From positions 1,536,001-1,600,000 of the forward strand of contig CAVSBL010000002.1 in assembly GCA_963726255.1 (NCBI GenBank): 64,000 nucleotides of DNA, given 5' to 3'. The position numbers and the translations under genes are program-made. Below, one piece after another: positions 36,900 through 45,715 of this stretch. How positions within the stretch are numbered: position 1 is the first letter of the stretch; every line of letters starts with the position of its first letter. The DNA comes from Candidatus Bathyarchaeota archaeon (GTDB lineage Archaea; Thermoproteota; Bathyarchaeia; 40CM-2-53-6). The notes under the pieces are model-generated. The model did not search any database. It saw only the letters and a list, made by a program, of their open reading frames with translations, and was not told where the DNA came from.

Positions 36900-37596
36900 A
36901 TCGCCGATTAGAGTAATCCTCCTGGGACCAGAGACAGGAGGAAACATTGGCTCTGTAGCCCGATCGATGAAAAATTTCCAGCTAAACGACCTCTGGATCG
37001 TGAAACCGAAAACGCCCATCAATAACGAGGCGAAGGCTTTCGCAATGAGAGGCCTGGATATCCTCGAGTGTGCAAAAGTCGTCGGGGCACTCAAGAAAGC
37101 GTTGAAAGGCGTGGACTTGGTTGTAGGAACGAGTTCTGTGGTTGCAACAAGCACATCCAACCTCTCCAGAGTATCAATCACACCAACCGAACTCGCTGAA
37201 AGAGTACGTGCCGCCAAAGGAACCGTCGGGATTATCTTCGGGAGAGAGAGCTCCGGATTAAGTAACCGAGAAGTGGAAACCTGCGACCTGATGGTCACAA
37301 TACCCGCAAGCCGCGACTACAATGTGTTGAACATAGCAACGGCCGCCTCAATCATCTTCTACGAAATCTTCCACCAAAGAATAAGAGGGCGAAGCTTCGA
37401 GTTGGCTTCTAGACCTGCCATGGAAAGGCTCCTTCAACAATTCAACAGACTGCTGATACGAAGCAACATCCAGGCGCATAGGCGTAGACTCGCCCAACGC
37501 GCTTTCCGCAACGTGGTCTCACGGTCTTTTGTCACAAAACGCGAGGCGTCGCTTCTTCTAGGGCTATTTAGGAAGGTACACGCAGAACTAACGTAA
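36868..37596 (+). CDS. trmJ: TrmJ-family SPOUT tRNA 2'-O-methyltransferase
   Basis: GNIGSVARSMKNF, FGRESSGL, TIPAS..YNVLN. Confidence 0.92.
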   Translation: MTQLQNPSVIESPIRVILLGPETGGNIGSVARSMKNFQLNDLWIVKPKTPINNEAKAFAMRGLDILECAKVVGALKKALKGVDLVVGTSSVVATSTSNLSRVSITPTELAERVRAAKGTVGIIFGRESSGLSNREVETCDLMVTIPASRDYNVLNIATAASIIFYEIFHQRIRGRSFELASRPAMERLLQQFNRLLIRSNIQAHRRRLAQRAFRNVVSRSFVTKREASLLLGLFRKVHAELT

Positions 37597-37634
37597 CCCA
37601 TTCTAACGGATGAAAGATTCTACAGCGATATCCT

Positions 37635-38243
37635 ATGAAAACGCCGACAGTCATCCTCATTGCAGTCTTGGTAATTGTGATGCCACCAGCTGCGGCCGCG
37701 TCTGGAACCGGAACGGTCACAATTCAGATTCAAGGGTATGGAACCGTTCACGGCCAGTTGCAGAACACACTCATTCAAGCAGACAATAGCGTAGCGATGT
37801 CAATGTTGGTGGACGATCAACTCCAGACGTCTCAGGGCTCTTTCCCTTTGCAGGCGACGGGCGAGTGGACCGGGATTCTCAGCAATTCGACATTGTCGGG
37901 CACGATCCATGATGTTCAAGGAAAGATTCACGTCTGCGTAATTTTATCCTGTAATGATGTTGACTTCACCGGCCACGGGAATTGGACTGGGCAACTTCAA
38001 ACCGGCTCACTTGGAAGCGGAAACCTCACCGGAACGATAACTATCACGAACTCTCCGTATCCTCAGATTCCGCAAGGCCAAGGAATTCCTATTTACGGCG
38101 CATGGGCGGCGGATTTCACATCTTCCGTTCCTGAGTTCAATTCCAACCTCAGCCTCCTACTACTTGCAACCGTAACGGCTGCAATTATTCTAACGCGCCG
38201 AAAAACGGAGAACGCAAAAGGCACCGACCAAGTTTCGACTTGA
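37635..38243 (+). CDS. Secreted Gly/Thr-rich protein with a PEF-CTERM-like sorting signal
   Basis: Signal peptide; VPEF, TM helix, RRK. Confidence 0.78.
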   Translation: MKTPTVILIAVLVIVMPPAAAASGTGTVTIQIQGYGTVHGQLQNTLIQADNSVAMSMLVDDQLQTSQGSFPLQATGEWTGILSNSTLSGTIHDVQGKIHVCVILSCNDVDFTGHGNWTGQLQTGSLGSGNLTGTITITNSPYPQIPQGQGIPIYGAWAADFTSSVPEFNSNLSLLLLATVTAAIILTRRKTENAKGTDQVST

Positions 38244-38303
38244 TAGCATGTAAACTTAAGTAACACTCAACGCAATCACGCTAAACTCCCCGGTGAATTA
38301 GAT

Positions 38304-38828
38304 ATGAAGGGCAGGAACTACAGGCAAATCAAAGGCCAACCATATACTAGGGGAAAGTACATTCACGGCACTCCTCCGCCGAAAATCTCAAAGTTCATGA
38401 TGGGCGACACGAAATCGCATTTCGAATACAAAATATCCCTGGTTGCACAGAGCCCTGAACAGATTCGCCATAATGCACTCGAAGCTGCTCGCGTTTCCGC
38501 AAACAAGGTGTTGTTCGACGTATTGGGCGAAACGGGCTACAAGATTCACCTCCGTGTCTACCCTCACGTCATTCTACGAGAGAACCGGATGATCGCAACG
38601 GCAGGCGCCGACAGGTTGCAAGAGGGAATGCGAAGAGCCTTCGGTAAACCAACCGGCAGAGCCGCGAGGGTCAAGACAGGGCAGTCAATCCTAGACATTT
38701 ACGTTAACAGCAACGCGGTCGACACTGCCAAGAAAGCAATGCACGTCGCGTCCACAAAACTTGCAGTTGCCTGTATCGTAACGCAAGAAGCCCTGGCACC
38801 GTTACCTACCCCGGTCGTAGTGAAATGA
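38304..38828 (+). CDS. rpl10e: 50S ribosomal protein L10e (uL16)
   Basis: QIRHNALEAAR, YPHVILREN, GADRLQEGMRRAFGKP. Confidence 0.98.
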   Translation: MKGRNYRQIKGQPYTRGKYIHGTPPPKISKFMMGDTKSHFEYKISLVAQSPEQIRHNALEAARVSANKVLFDVLGETGYKIHLRVYPHVILRENRMIATAGADRLQEGMRRAFGKPTGRAARVKTGQSILDIYVNSNAVDTAKKAMHVASTKLAVACIVTQEALAPLPTPVVVK

Positions 38829-39002
38829 GCTCCCGGCGTAGCGAACTCTCCAGAAAATTCCGCGGAAAAATCCTCGAGGCCGACCTACGTGAGTTTGCAC
38901 GTCATGCGCGGGGAGTTGCGTCGACAATTGCTAGATCAGAATACTATTCAATGGTTCTGTTCGCAGCGGGCCTCATAATTCCGAAGATGCTGAGCGCCCC
39001 CC

Positions 39003-39725
39003 TTATTTCTGACCACAAACTAACGCGACCACACCTAACGTCATCTTCTCGGAAAATGTACGCTTGAATCCTGCGCCGAGGAGCGCGTCCGAGGTTTCAT
39101 CCGCTGAGGCGGATTCCAGTATCGTATTTGCAAGATAGGTCAAAGTTCGTTTCCAATAGCTGGAAACTAGTCCACCAAGAGGGGGAAGGACGTGAAATAT
39201 GTGGAAATTGTAGAGCCGCCACACGATAGCCCCTTCTGGCCTTACGAAGTCGACTGAAAGAAACCAACCTGATCGAAGCAGAACTCTCAGCGTGTCCCGG
39301 AACGCAGCCAATTTGTCGCCAAAGTTACGCAACGCCAAACCAACCGTCACGTACCTGAAACTTTCAGAGCGAAATGGAAGAGCCTCGCCGGCAGCCCTTA
39401 CAAAATCCACCTTAAGCCCTCCGCGAATCTTGTGCTTTTTTCGGTTAGCTATACTCAGCATCGCAGGACTCAGATCCAAACCCACGACCCAACCGTCCTG
39501 CTTAAGCACACGGCTCAACTCGAAAGTAACTAACCCTGTCCCGCAAGCCAAGTCCAATATCATGACCTCTCGTGAGAAATCCATTTTAGCGAACATGCGC
39601 CTCCTCCAAACCCAGTCGAATGAAAGCGTCATCAAGTGGAGTAAGGCATCGTACTCTCTCTCCACATCGGTGAAGATTACTCTGACGAATCTCGCCTTAT
39701 CAACGAACATTGTTGGAATTTCCAT
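39003..39725 (-). CDS. UbiE/MenG-family methyltransferase
   Basis: YDALLHLMTLSFDWVWRR, LDLACGTG, LALRN. Confidence 0.88.
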   Translation of the reverse strand: MEIPTMFVDKARFVRVIFTDVEREYDALLHLMTLSFDWVWRRRMFAKMDFSREVMILDLACGTGLVTFELSRVLKQDGWVVGLDLSPAMLSIANRKKHKIRGGLKVDFVRAAGEALPFRSESFRYVTVGLALRNFGDKLAAFRDTLRVLLRSGWFLSVDFVRPEGAIVWRLYNFHIFHVLPPLGGLVSSYWKRTLTYLANTILESASADETSDALLGAGFKRTFSEKMTLGVVALVCGQK

Positions 39726-39798
39726 CTGAGTCCCTCGCTTCAGCGCCTCTCACGCAAAGGAACGGTTAAGTTGTGCAGTAAGCCTGCTACACCGATGT

Positions 39799-40815
39799 TT
39801 GGCAATGTTCCAACTGGAAGAAGATAGAATAATAGATGAGATAAGAAGGCGCGGTTCAAAACGTATCCTTCTCCAAATGCCTGAAGGCCTGAAACCAACC
39901 GGATTTCGACTGGCAAAGTTACTCGAGAAGGAGACAAAAGCCGAAGTATTCGTCTCAGGTGACCCTTGTTACGGCGCCTGCGACCTTGCGCTCTACCCGC
40001 AGAAACATGTTGACGCTGATTTACTGGTCCACCTCGGGCACGCGGAGATTCCTGGGGAATTCCCTGACGAGAACGTTCTGTACGTTGAAGTGCGAGCGGA
40101 TGTGTCAATAGTAGAACCGATGATCCAAGCCGTCAAATTGCTAGAGAAGGAGCACGTGATCGGGCTCGCTTCAAACATCCAGCATATTCACCAGATCGAT
40201 AAAGCTAGAGAAATTCTGGAAGAACACGGAAAGCAAGTGCTCATCGGTCGGCCCTCGGGCTGGCTGAAGTATCCCGGGCAAGTTCTGGGATGCGATTATG
40301 GCAGCGTCAGAGCGATCGCAGGAAAAATCGACGCCGTAGTAATCTTGAGCGGGGGGGATTTTCACGCGCTCGGTATTCCGCTAGCAATAGGCAAAAGGAC
40401 CATCGTCGTCGACCCATTTCAGCAAACAGCGAAGGACATGACCGAAGTCTGCCGAAAGCTTCTCCGGAAGAGGTGGATCAGCATTGAAAGATTCAAGCAA
40501 GCTGGGAGGATCGGAATCATCGTAGGTTTGAAGAGTAGTCAAATGAACATCTCCCTTGCGCGGCGGCTGAAGGAGCTCTTGGAGGAGAAGGGATATTCAA
40601 CTATCCTGATTTGTGCAACCGAGGTGATTCCGGAAACCTTGGGATCCTTCACGGACCTAGATGCCTACGTCGAAATCTCATGCCCACGAATAAGCACCGA
40701 CGACCAAGAACGATATCGAAAGCCTATTCTCAACCCAGAAGAAGTGATGATAGCGTTAGGCAAGAAGAGCTGGGAAGATTACACGAAAGGAATGACGTTA
40801 GAGGAGTGGCACTAG
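39799..40815 (+). CDS. dph2: Diphthamide biosynthesis enzyme Dph2
   Basis: LQMPEGL, CYGACD, GQVLGC, SCPRI. Confidence 0.95.
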   Translation: MAMFQLEEDRIIDEIRRRGSKRILLQMPEGLKPTGFRLAKLLEKETKAEVFVSGDPCYGACDLALYPQKHVDADLLVHLGHAEIPGEFPDENVLYVEVRADVSIVEPMIQAVKLLEKEHVIGLASNIQHIHQIDKAREILEEHGKQVLIGRPSGWLKYPGQVLGCDYGSVRAIAGKIDAVVILSGGDFHALGIPLAIGKRTIVVDPFQQTAKDMTEVCRKLLRKRWISIERFKQAGRIGIIVGLKSSQMNISLARRLKELLEEKGYSTILICATEVIPETLGSFTDLDAYVEISCPRISTDDQERYRKPILNPEEVMIALGKKSWEDYTKGMTLEEWH

Positions 40816-40822
40816 CCACCGC

Positions 40823-41467
40823 TTGGGCTTGAAGGCCCTAATCTTGTCCCCCCGACAAGTCCTCATACGCAAGCGCGACCTAGCCATCAAACTCCAGCAA
40901 GTAAGTCCACACCCCGACCCTAAAGTCGCCCTTGAGCAGTACACTATCCCAGCCGGACTAGCTGCAAGCATCCTCTTCGAAGCATGCTACATATACGATG
41001 ACATCGAGAACAAATCGGTGGTAGACCTCGGAACGGGAACGGGCAGACTCGCGCTAGGCGCTTCAATCCTCGGCGCGGAATACGTGGTCGGGGTTGACCT
41101 AGACATGCCCAGCCTTGGTGTCGCATTAAGGCATGCCAAACTGCTGGGGTTACGCCCAGATTGGATACATGGTGACATCGAATGCTTACGAGGGAGGGTC
41201 AACACGGTTCTAATGAACCCACCATTTGGCACCAGACAACCCCATGCTGATATTCACTTTCTTCAGGTTGCGTTAGCCTTGGGGGCAACAGTCTATAGTA
41301 TCCACAAGTCTGCAACTCGACGGTATCTCATTCGCTGGCTGCACGGACGGGCGGACCTAACTGAAAGAATTCTGAGCGCAAGAATGGAAATTCCACATCA
41401 ATTCTCCTTTCACAGAAAGCAAAGGCACCAAGTGGAAGTTGACGTATTCAGAATTCACCCAAGCTAG
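40823..41467 (+). CDS. METTL5-family N6-adenine RNA methyltransferase
   Basis: LEQYT, DLGTGTG, MNPPFG, YSIHK. Confidence 0.92.
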   Translation: MGLKALILSPRQVLIRKRDLAIKLQQVSPHPDPKVALEQYTIPAGLAASILFEACYIYDDIENKSVVDLGTGTGRLALGASILGAEYVVGVDLDMPSLGVALRHAKLLGLRPDWIHGDIECLRGRVNTVLMNPPFGTRQPHADIHFLQVALALGATVYSIHKSATRRYLIRWLHGRADLTERILSARMEIPHQFSFHRKQRHQVEVDVFRIHPS

Positions 41468-41602
41468 TTTCTTTTTCCGCCTGCCCTTATATACAGGGCT
41501 GCACCTACCGCCCTCAAATCGCGCAACTGTTGGAGAAATATCTTCGAACCGCTGACTCGGCGAAGAAATTCAAATCAGGATTAATACTCTGGTGGTTAAA
41601 AT

Positions 41603-42175
41603 TTGAGTAAGACACCACGTGAGATGGCCCAACCCGTTCTCCCCGGCGACAAGTTAGGGGTCGTGGAACAGTTCCTGCCTGGTATTGGCACATACGAAGA
41701 GGAAGGCACTATCTATGCGAACTTCACAGGAACTGCAAGAATTGATCTGAAGAACAAACGCGTGACCGTCGTTCCAACCACAAGGATCCCGCAACTACCA
41801 AAGGAAGGAACAACCGTCCTTGCTTCCGTCATACACGCGCAGGAGAAAATGGCGACTGTGAATATTTGGAAGATCGACGGCAAGGCGCTGCAGAACCCGT
41901 TCACCGCAATCCTCCATATTTCGTCGTCGAGCCCACGGTATGAGAGAAACATGTCTGACGTATGTAAGTCAGGGGATATACTCCGGGCGCGGGTGATTGA
42001 TATGACGAACAGAATTCCCAAATTGACCACAGCGGGCCGCGGTCTAGGCGTGATTAAGGCGTTCTGCTCCAAGTGTGGAGCTGCCTTGGAGTTCACGAAC
42101 AGAAAGCTCCAGTGTCCATCTTGCGGAAACCTTGAGAGAAGGAGGCTCGCAGAGGATTACGGCCAAGCTACCTGA
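41603..42175 (+). CDS. csl4: Exosome subunit Csl4
   Basis: VLPGDKLG, S1 domain, LGVIKAFCSKC...CPSCG..ERR. Confidence 0.94.
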   Translation: MSKTPREMAQPVLPGDKLGVVEQFLPGIGTYEEEGTIYANFTGTARIDLKNKRVTVVPTTRIPQLPKEGTTVLASVIHAQEKMATVNIWKIDGKALQNPFTAILHISSSSPRYERNMSDVCKSGDILRARVIDMTNRIPKLTTAGRGLGVIKAFCSKCGAALEFTNRKLQCPSCGNLERRRLAEDYGQAT

Positions 42176-42177
42176 AG

Positions 42178-42471
42178 GTGCAACCAATGGAAGTCAAAGT
42201 TCTGTCAAAGGGAAAGAACGAGCTGAGGCTCGAAATAGTTGGGGAGGACCATACCTTTTGCAACCTACTCCAGAACGTACTACTTGAGGATAAGAATGTG
42301 GAGATTGCGGGTTACGACCAGCCGCACCCCCTAATCAGATCAAGCATTGTTTATCTTAGAACAAAGCGAGAAGCTTCGCCGGAAAAAGCCCTTCTGAATG
42401 CTCTAGCTGGTATTCAGGAACTTAACAAGGAGTTCAATGAAAAATTCGCTAAGGCCGTCGGGCCCTCCTGA
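42178..42471 (+). CDS. rpoL: RNA polymerase subunit Rpo11 (RpoL)
   Basis: GEDHTFCNLL, AGYDQPHPL. Confidence 0.96.
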   Translation: MQPMEVKVLSKGKNELRLEIVGEDHTFCNLLQNVLLEDKNVEIAGYDQPHPLIRSSIVYLRTKREASPEKALLNALAGIQELNKEFNEKFAKAVGPS

Positions 42472-42839
42472 TGAGTAACGAAGAAACACGTCGCAAGGTC
42501 ATGGGCGATAAGGAACTAGCCAGCCTTGGAGACGCCTTCGTTAACTTCGTGTATTCACTAGCCTTGACTAACAACAGCGGAAAACCTCAAGGTGTCAAGG
42601 TCAGCGACAGAATTCTCGCAGAGGCTTTCAGGCGCTCGGATCTACGGAAATACCTTGGAACTCGGGTTTCAAGGAAGGACCTCGCAAATGCTTCAGAGTC
42701 TCTTTTGGTTGAGGCATACCAGAGAAAACTCATCACAATCGAGGAGAGCGTGAAGATCCTCAGCGAGAACCCGGAGGGATTGGAGGCCGGACTCTCGGAA
42801 CTGATGAAACTCGCTGCGGACCGCATAGCCCCCAGCTAG
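42471..42839 (+). CDS. Archaeal mini-RNase III-like protein
   Basis: LASLGDAFVNFVYSLA; synteny after rpoL. Confidence 0.8.
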   Translation: MSNEETRRKVMGDKELASLGDAFVNFVYSLALTNNSGKPQGVKVSDRILAEAFRRSDLRKYLGTRVSRKDLANASESLLVEAYQRKLITIEESVKILSENPEGLEAGLSELMKLAADRIAPS

Positions 42840-42853
42840 ATGGTGAATCCCAT

Positions 42854-43384
42854 TTGCTGAAGAAGGAAGCCAGGATCTTAGGCGTAAGCACCACAGCCCA
42901 TAGAAATGGTACGGCCTTAGTCGTCGGCGCCGTTTTCAGAGGTCGTTCCTGGCTAGACGGCGTTCTGACATGTTGGATAGAGTCGGAGACTGCTCGCCCG
43001 CTTTCGAAAATCTCGAGAACGATAATGAGTTCGAGACAGTATTCGCAACTTCATGCTGTGATCCTTGCGAAGGAACAAATCGTCTCCGACCTCGAGATCA
43101 ACATCACAGAGCTGGCGCGCAGAGTCAAATTACCAGTCATATCAATTATCAAGAAACGCGCTGCGACGAAGGGAAGTAAGAAGCCGTTCAGAACAAATCA
43201 TTATGAACTCGAGGTCAACGGCAAACGTCTTCAGGTCCTGACTAAAGGAATAAGCCGCGAGAAGACCCAAGAATTATTCGCTCTCACTTCCACGCCAAAA
43301 TCCTCTATTCCCGAAGCCGCGAGGGTTGCAGATTTGATAGCAGAGCAAGTAACGCTTAAATGGAACTCTCTGGGATTGCCGTAG
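42854..43384 (+). CDS. DUF99 (endonuclease V-like) protein
   Basis: RILG, VVGAVFRG..WLDGV, IPEAARVA; acidic residues look partly degenerate. Confidence 0.8.
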   Translation: MLKKEARILGVSTTAHRNGTALVVGAVFRGRSWLDGVLTCWIESETARPLSKISRTIMSSRQYSQLHAVILAKEQIVSDLEINITELARRVKLPVISIIKKRAATKGSKKPFRTNHYELEVNGKRLQVLTKGISREKTQELFALTSTPKSSIPEAARVADLIAEQVTLKWNSLGLP

Positions 43385-43400
43385 CCGGTCGTTATCAAAG

Positions 43401-43724
43401 GTGCAGTTCTGCCCAAAGTGCGGTTTAGCGCTCCTGCCTACAAAGAAACAGAAATCAATCGTCTTAAGCTGCCCAAAATGCGGCTATGAGACAAAGCGCT
43501 CAGACCGAACGGTGCAAAAACTGGAACAACAGAAAGAGAACGTTGTCGTCATCGGCAAAGAAGAGCAAAAGATACGCACACTGCCGAAAACCAAAGTCGA
43601 CTGCCCTAAGTGCGGACACAAGGAAGCGTTCTATTGGCTTGTACAAACACGGGGAGCAGATGAATCCTCAACGCAGTTCTTCCGTTGCACAAGTTGCGGG
43701 AGAACTTGGCGTGAAAATTCCTAG
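43401..43724 (+). CDS. tfs: Transcription factor S
   Basis: FCPKC, CPKCG, QTRGADE..TQFFRC..C. Confidence 0.96.
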   Translation: MQFCPKCGLALLPTKKQKSIVLSCPKCGYETKRSDRTVQKLEQQKENVVVIGKEEQKIRTLPKTKVDCPKCGHKEAFYWLVQTRGADESSTQFFRCTSCGRTWRENS

Positions 43725-43807
43725 TAGGCATTGTCGCGAGTCACACCGCTCAATTAAAATGCGTAATGCTCCCTCTCTAAGGCACGCCCAATATTCGGTG
43801 ACAGCAA

Positions 43808-44560
43808 ATGTTCAAAGCAACTATCAGTGACGCAAGACTTTGGAAGAACCTTCTAGCCGCGATATCCACGCTCATTGAGGAAGCTGACTTCAACGCCGCC
43901 CCTGAGGGCATCAAGCTGAGGTCCATGGACCCATCTCACGTAGCCATGGTTGACTTCGAATGGAACAAATCCGCATTTGAGGAATACACCTGCCTTCAAC
44001 CGACCAAAATTCGGTTGAACGTGGCCGACATTGTCAAAAAGTTGCGCGGCGCAGGCCAAGAACCCCTTGAAATGTCATACGACGAAAACACACGAAAGCT
44101 GAACATGGTCATCAAGGGTAAATGGAAAACTACATTCACTCTGCCCACGCTTGACCCTGGAGACGAAGAAGTCCCAACACCTAAAATTGCATTTAACACG
44201 AAAATCAAGATGATCAGCTCAAGCTTCAAAGACATTATTGATCAGATCCAGACTGTGAGCGATAACGTAAGGTTCGAGACGACACAAGACAGGTTCACGG
44301 CAGAAGCCGTTACTGAGTTGAGTGGAGCCAAAATAGAGCTTGAGAAAGGAAGCGACGTTTTACTAGAGCTGGAAGTCAAAGAACCATGCAAAGCAACCTT
44401 CAACCTAAACTACTTGGCCGAAATCTCAAGGGCCGGCTCGATGGCCGCGGAACTCGTCACACTCGAATTCTCGTCCAACATGCCCGTCAAACTAGAGTAT
44501 GAAATGCCTCAACAAGGAAGGTTACTATACTTTCTAGCCCCAAGAATTGAGGCGGAGTAG
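43808..44560 (+). CDS. pcn: DNA sliding clamp PCNA
   Basis: MDPSHVAMV, terminal FLAPRIE. Confidence 0.97.
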   Translation: MFKATISDARLWKNLLAAISTLIEEADFNAAPEGIKLRSMDPSHVAMVDFEWNKSAFEEYTCLQPTKIRLNVADIVKKLRGAGQEPLEMSYDENTRKLNMVIKGKWKTTFTLPTLDPGDEEVPTPKIAFNTKIKMISSSFKDIIDQIQTVSDNVRFETTQDRFTAEAVTELSGAKIELEKGSDVLLELEVKEPCKATFNLNYLAEISRAGSMAAELVTLEFSSNMPVKLEYEMPQQGRLLYFLAPRIEAE

Positions 44561-44624
44561 AACTATTAACGCCAAAACGGCATAACCGTTATTGCTTCTT
44601 TCCAGCGAATTAGAGGCACTTAGT

Positions 44625-45701
44625 ATGCAGACGCTTCTAACCAAGTTGGACTTGGCGAAATTTCCTTTCACAGCCGAAGCGTCGAGCTACATAAAGTCAC
44701 GAGGCATAGATCCTCTTGACCTTGTGAGACCTGAACTAGTTCCAATACTCGAACGCGCTATGGAGCGGATTAGGCAAGGTGTTTTCAGCGGTAAATTATC
44801 CGCCGACCTGACGCAGGAGGATGTTGACATACTCGCCTACCCCACGGCGCTGATGTTGATAAGCGCCATGAGGGACGACAGGACCCGACGCCGGTATGCT
44901 CTTGCCGAAGCAAAGCGAGCCTATGAACTTCTGAGGGAGGAAACCCCAGAAAAACTGCTTCAGATTGCGACCGGCACGTTCGGTTGGGACGCGAAACTCG
45001 TAGAGCGGGACGTCGGAGACAGTCATTTTGAGTTTGCTCTCTACTTCACATTTTACGTGAGCAACTCATCCAGAATACACGACCTCAGGTGGAAATTGGT
45101 CAACAGAGTTCTCGAGGGAGGTTATGTTCTACTTCCCCGCGAAGATTTCGCAAGACTGCTGGAAGAAGAAGTTCAATCTAGAGTGCTAGAGAAAACTGCA
45201 GACCCAACCGTAGCGCTGCCCGCGGAACTGGATAAACGCGTTGAACCATTGCGATCCATGCTGAAGGCCCGGTCCCAGTACTTGGCAGCTGATGAAATGC
45301 CTCGAGCTGTGATGGCTTCCGCGATGCCACCGTGCATGAAGAGTTTGCTCAGCCTCCTGCAAACAAGCAAACACATATCCCACATGGGAAGGTTCGCAAT
45401 GGCTGCTTTCCTACTGAACATCGGCACGAACGAAGAGGACCTACTCAAAATGTTCAAGACTTTCACCGATTTCGATGAGAGAATCGCGCGCTATCAAGTG
45501 GAACACATTGCAGGGAAGCGCGGCTCAAGAAGAAAATACACAGCACCGAACTGTAGTACCATGCGAACGCACGGTCTATGTATAAACCCGGACGAATTAT
45601 GCGGTACAATAAAGCACCCATTATCGTACTACAGACGAAAAGCGAGAATCTTGTTCAGACAGGAAAAGGGAAGGCCCTCCCAAAGACAGGCACACAAATA
45701 G
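44625..45701 (+). CDS. priL: DNA primase large subunit
   Basis: AKFPF, WKLVNR, MPPC, DFDE...YQVEHIAG, PNC..MRTHGLC..C. Confidence 0.95.
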   Translation: MQTLLTKLDLAKFPFTAEASSYIKSRGIDPLDLVRPELVPILERAMERIRQGVFSGKLSADLTQEDVDILAYPTALMLISAMRDDRTRRRYALAEAKRAYELLREETPEKLLQIATGTFGWDAKLVERDVGDSHFEFALYFTFYVSNSSRIHDLRWKLVNRVLEGGYVLLPREDFARLLEEEVQSRVLEKTADPTVALPAELDKRVEPLRSMLKARSQYLAADEMPRAVMASAMPPCMKSLLSLLQTSKHISHMGRFAMAAFLLNIGTNEEDLLKMFKTFTDFDERIARYQVEHIAGKRGSRRKYTAPNCSTMRTHGLCINPDELCGTIKHPLSYYRRKARILFRQEKGRPSQRQAHK

Positions 45702-45715
45702 ATAGGGACTCACGC

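Noticed and set aside
38825-39067. 80-aa ORF after rpl10e
   Set aside because: It has no motif and overlaps the convergent methyltransferase gene, so it cannot be supported as a gene.
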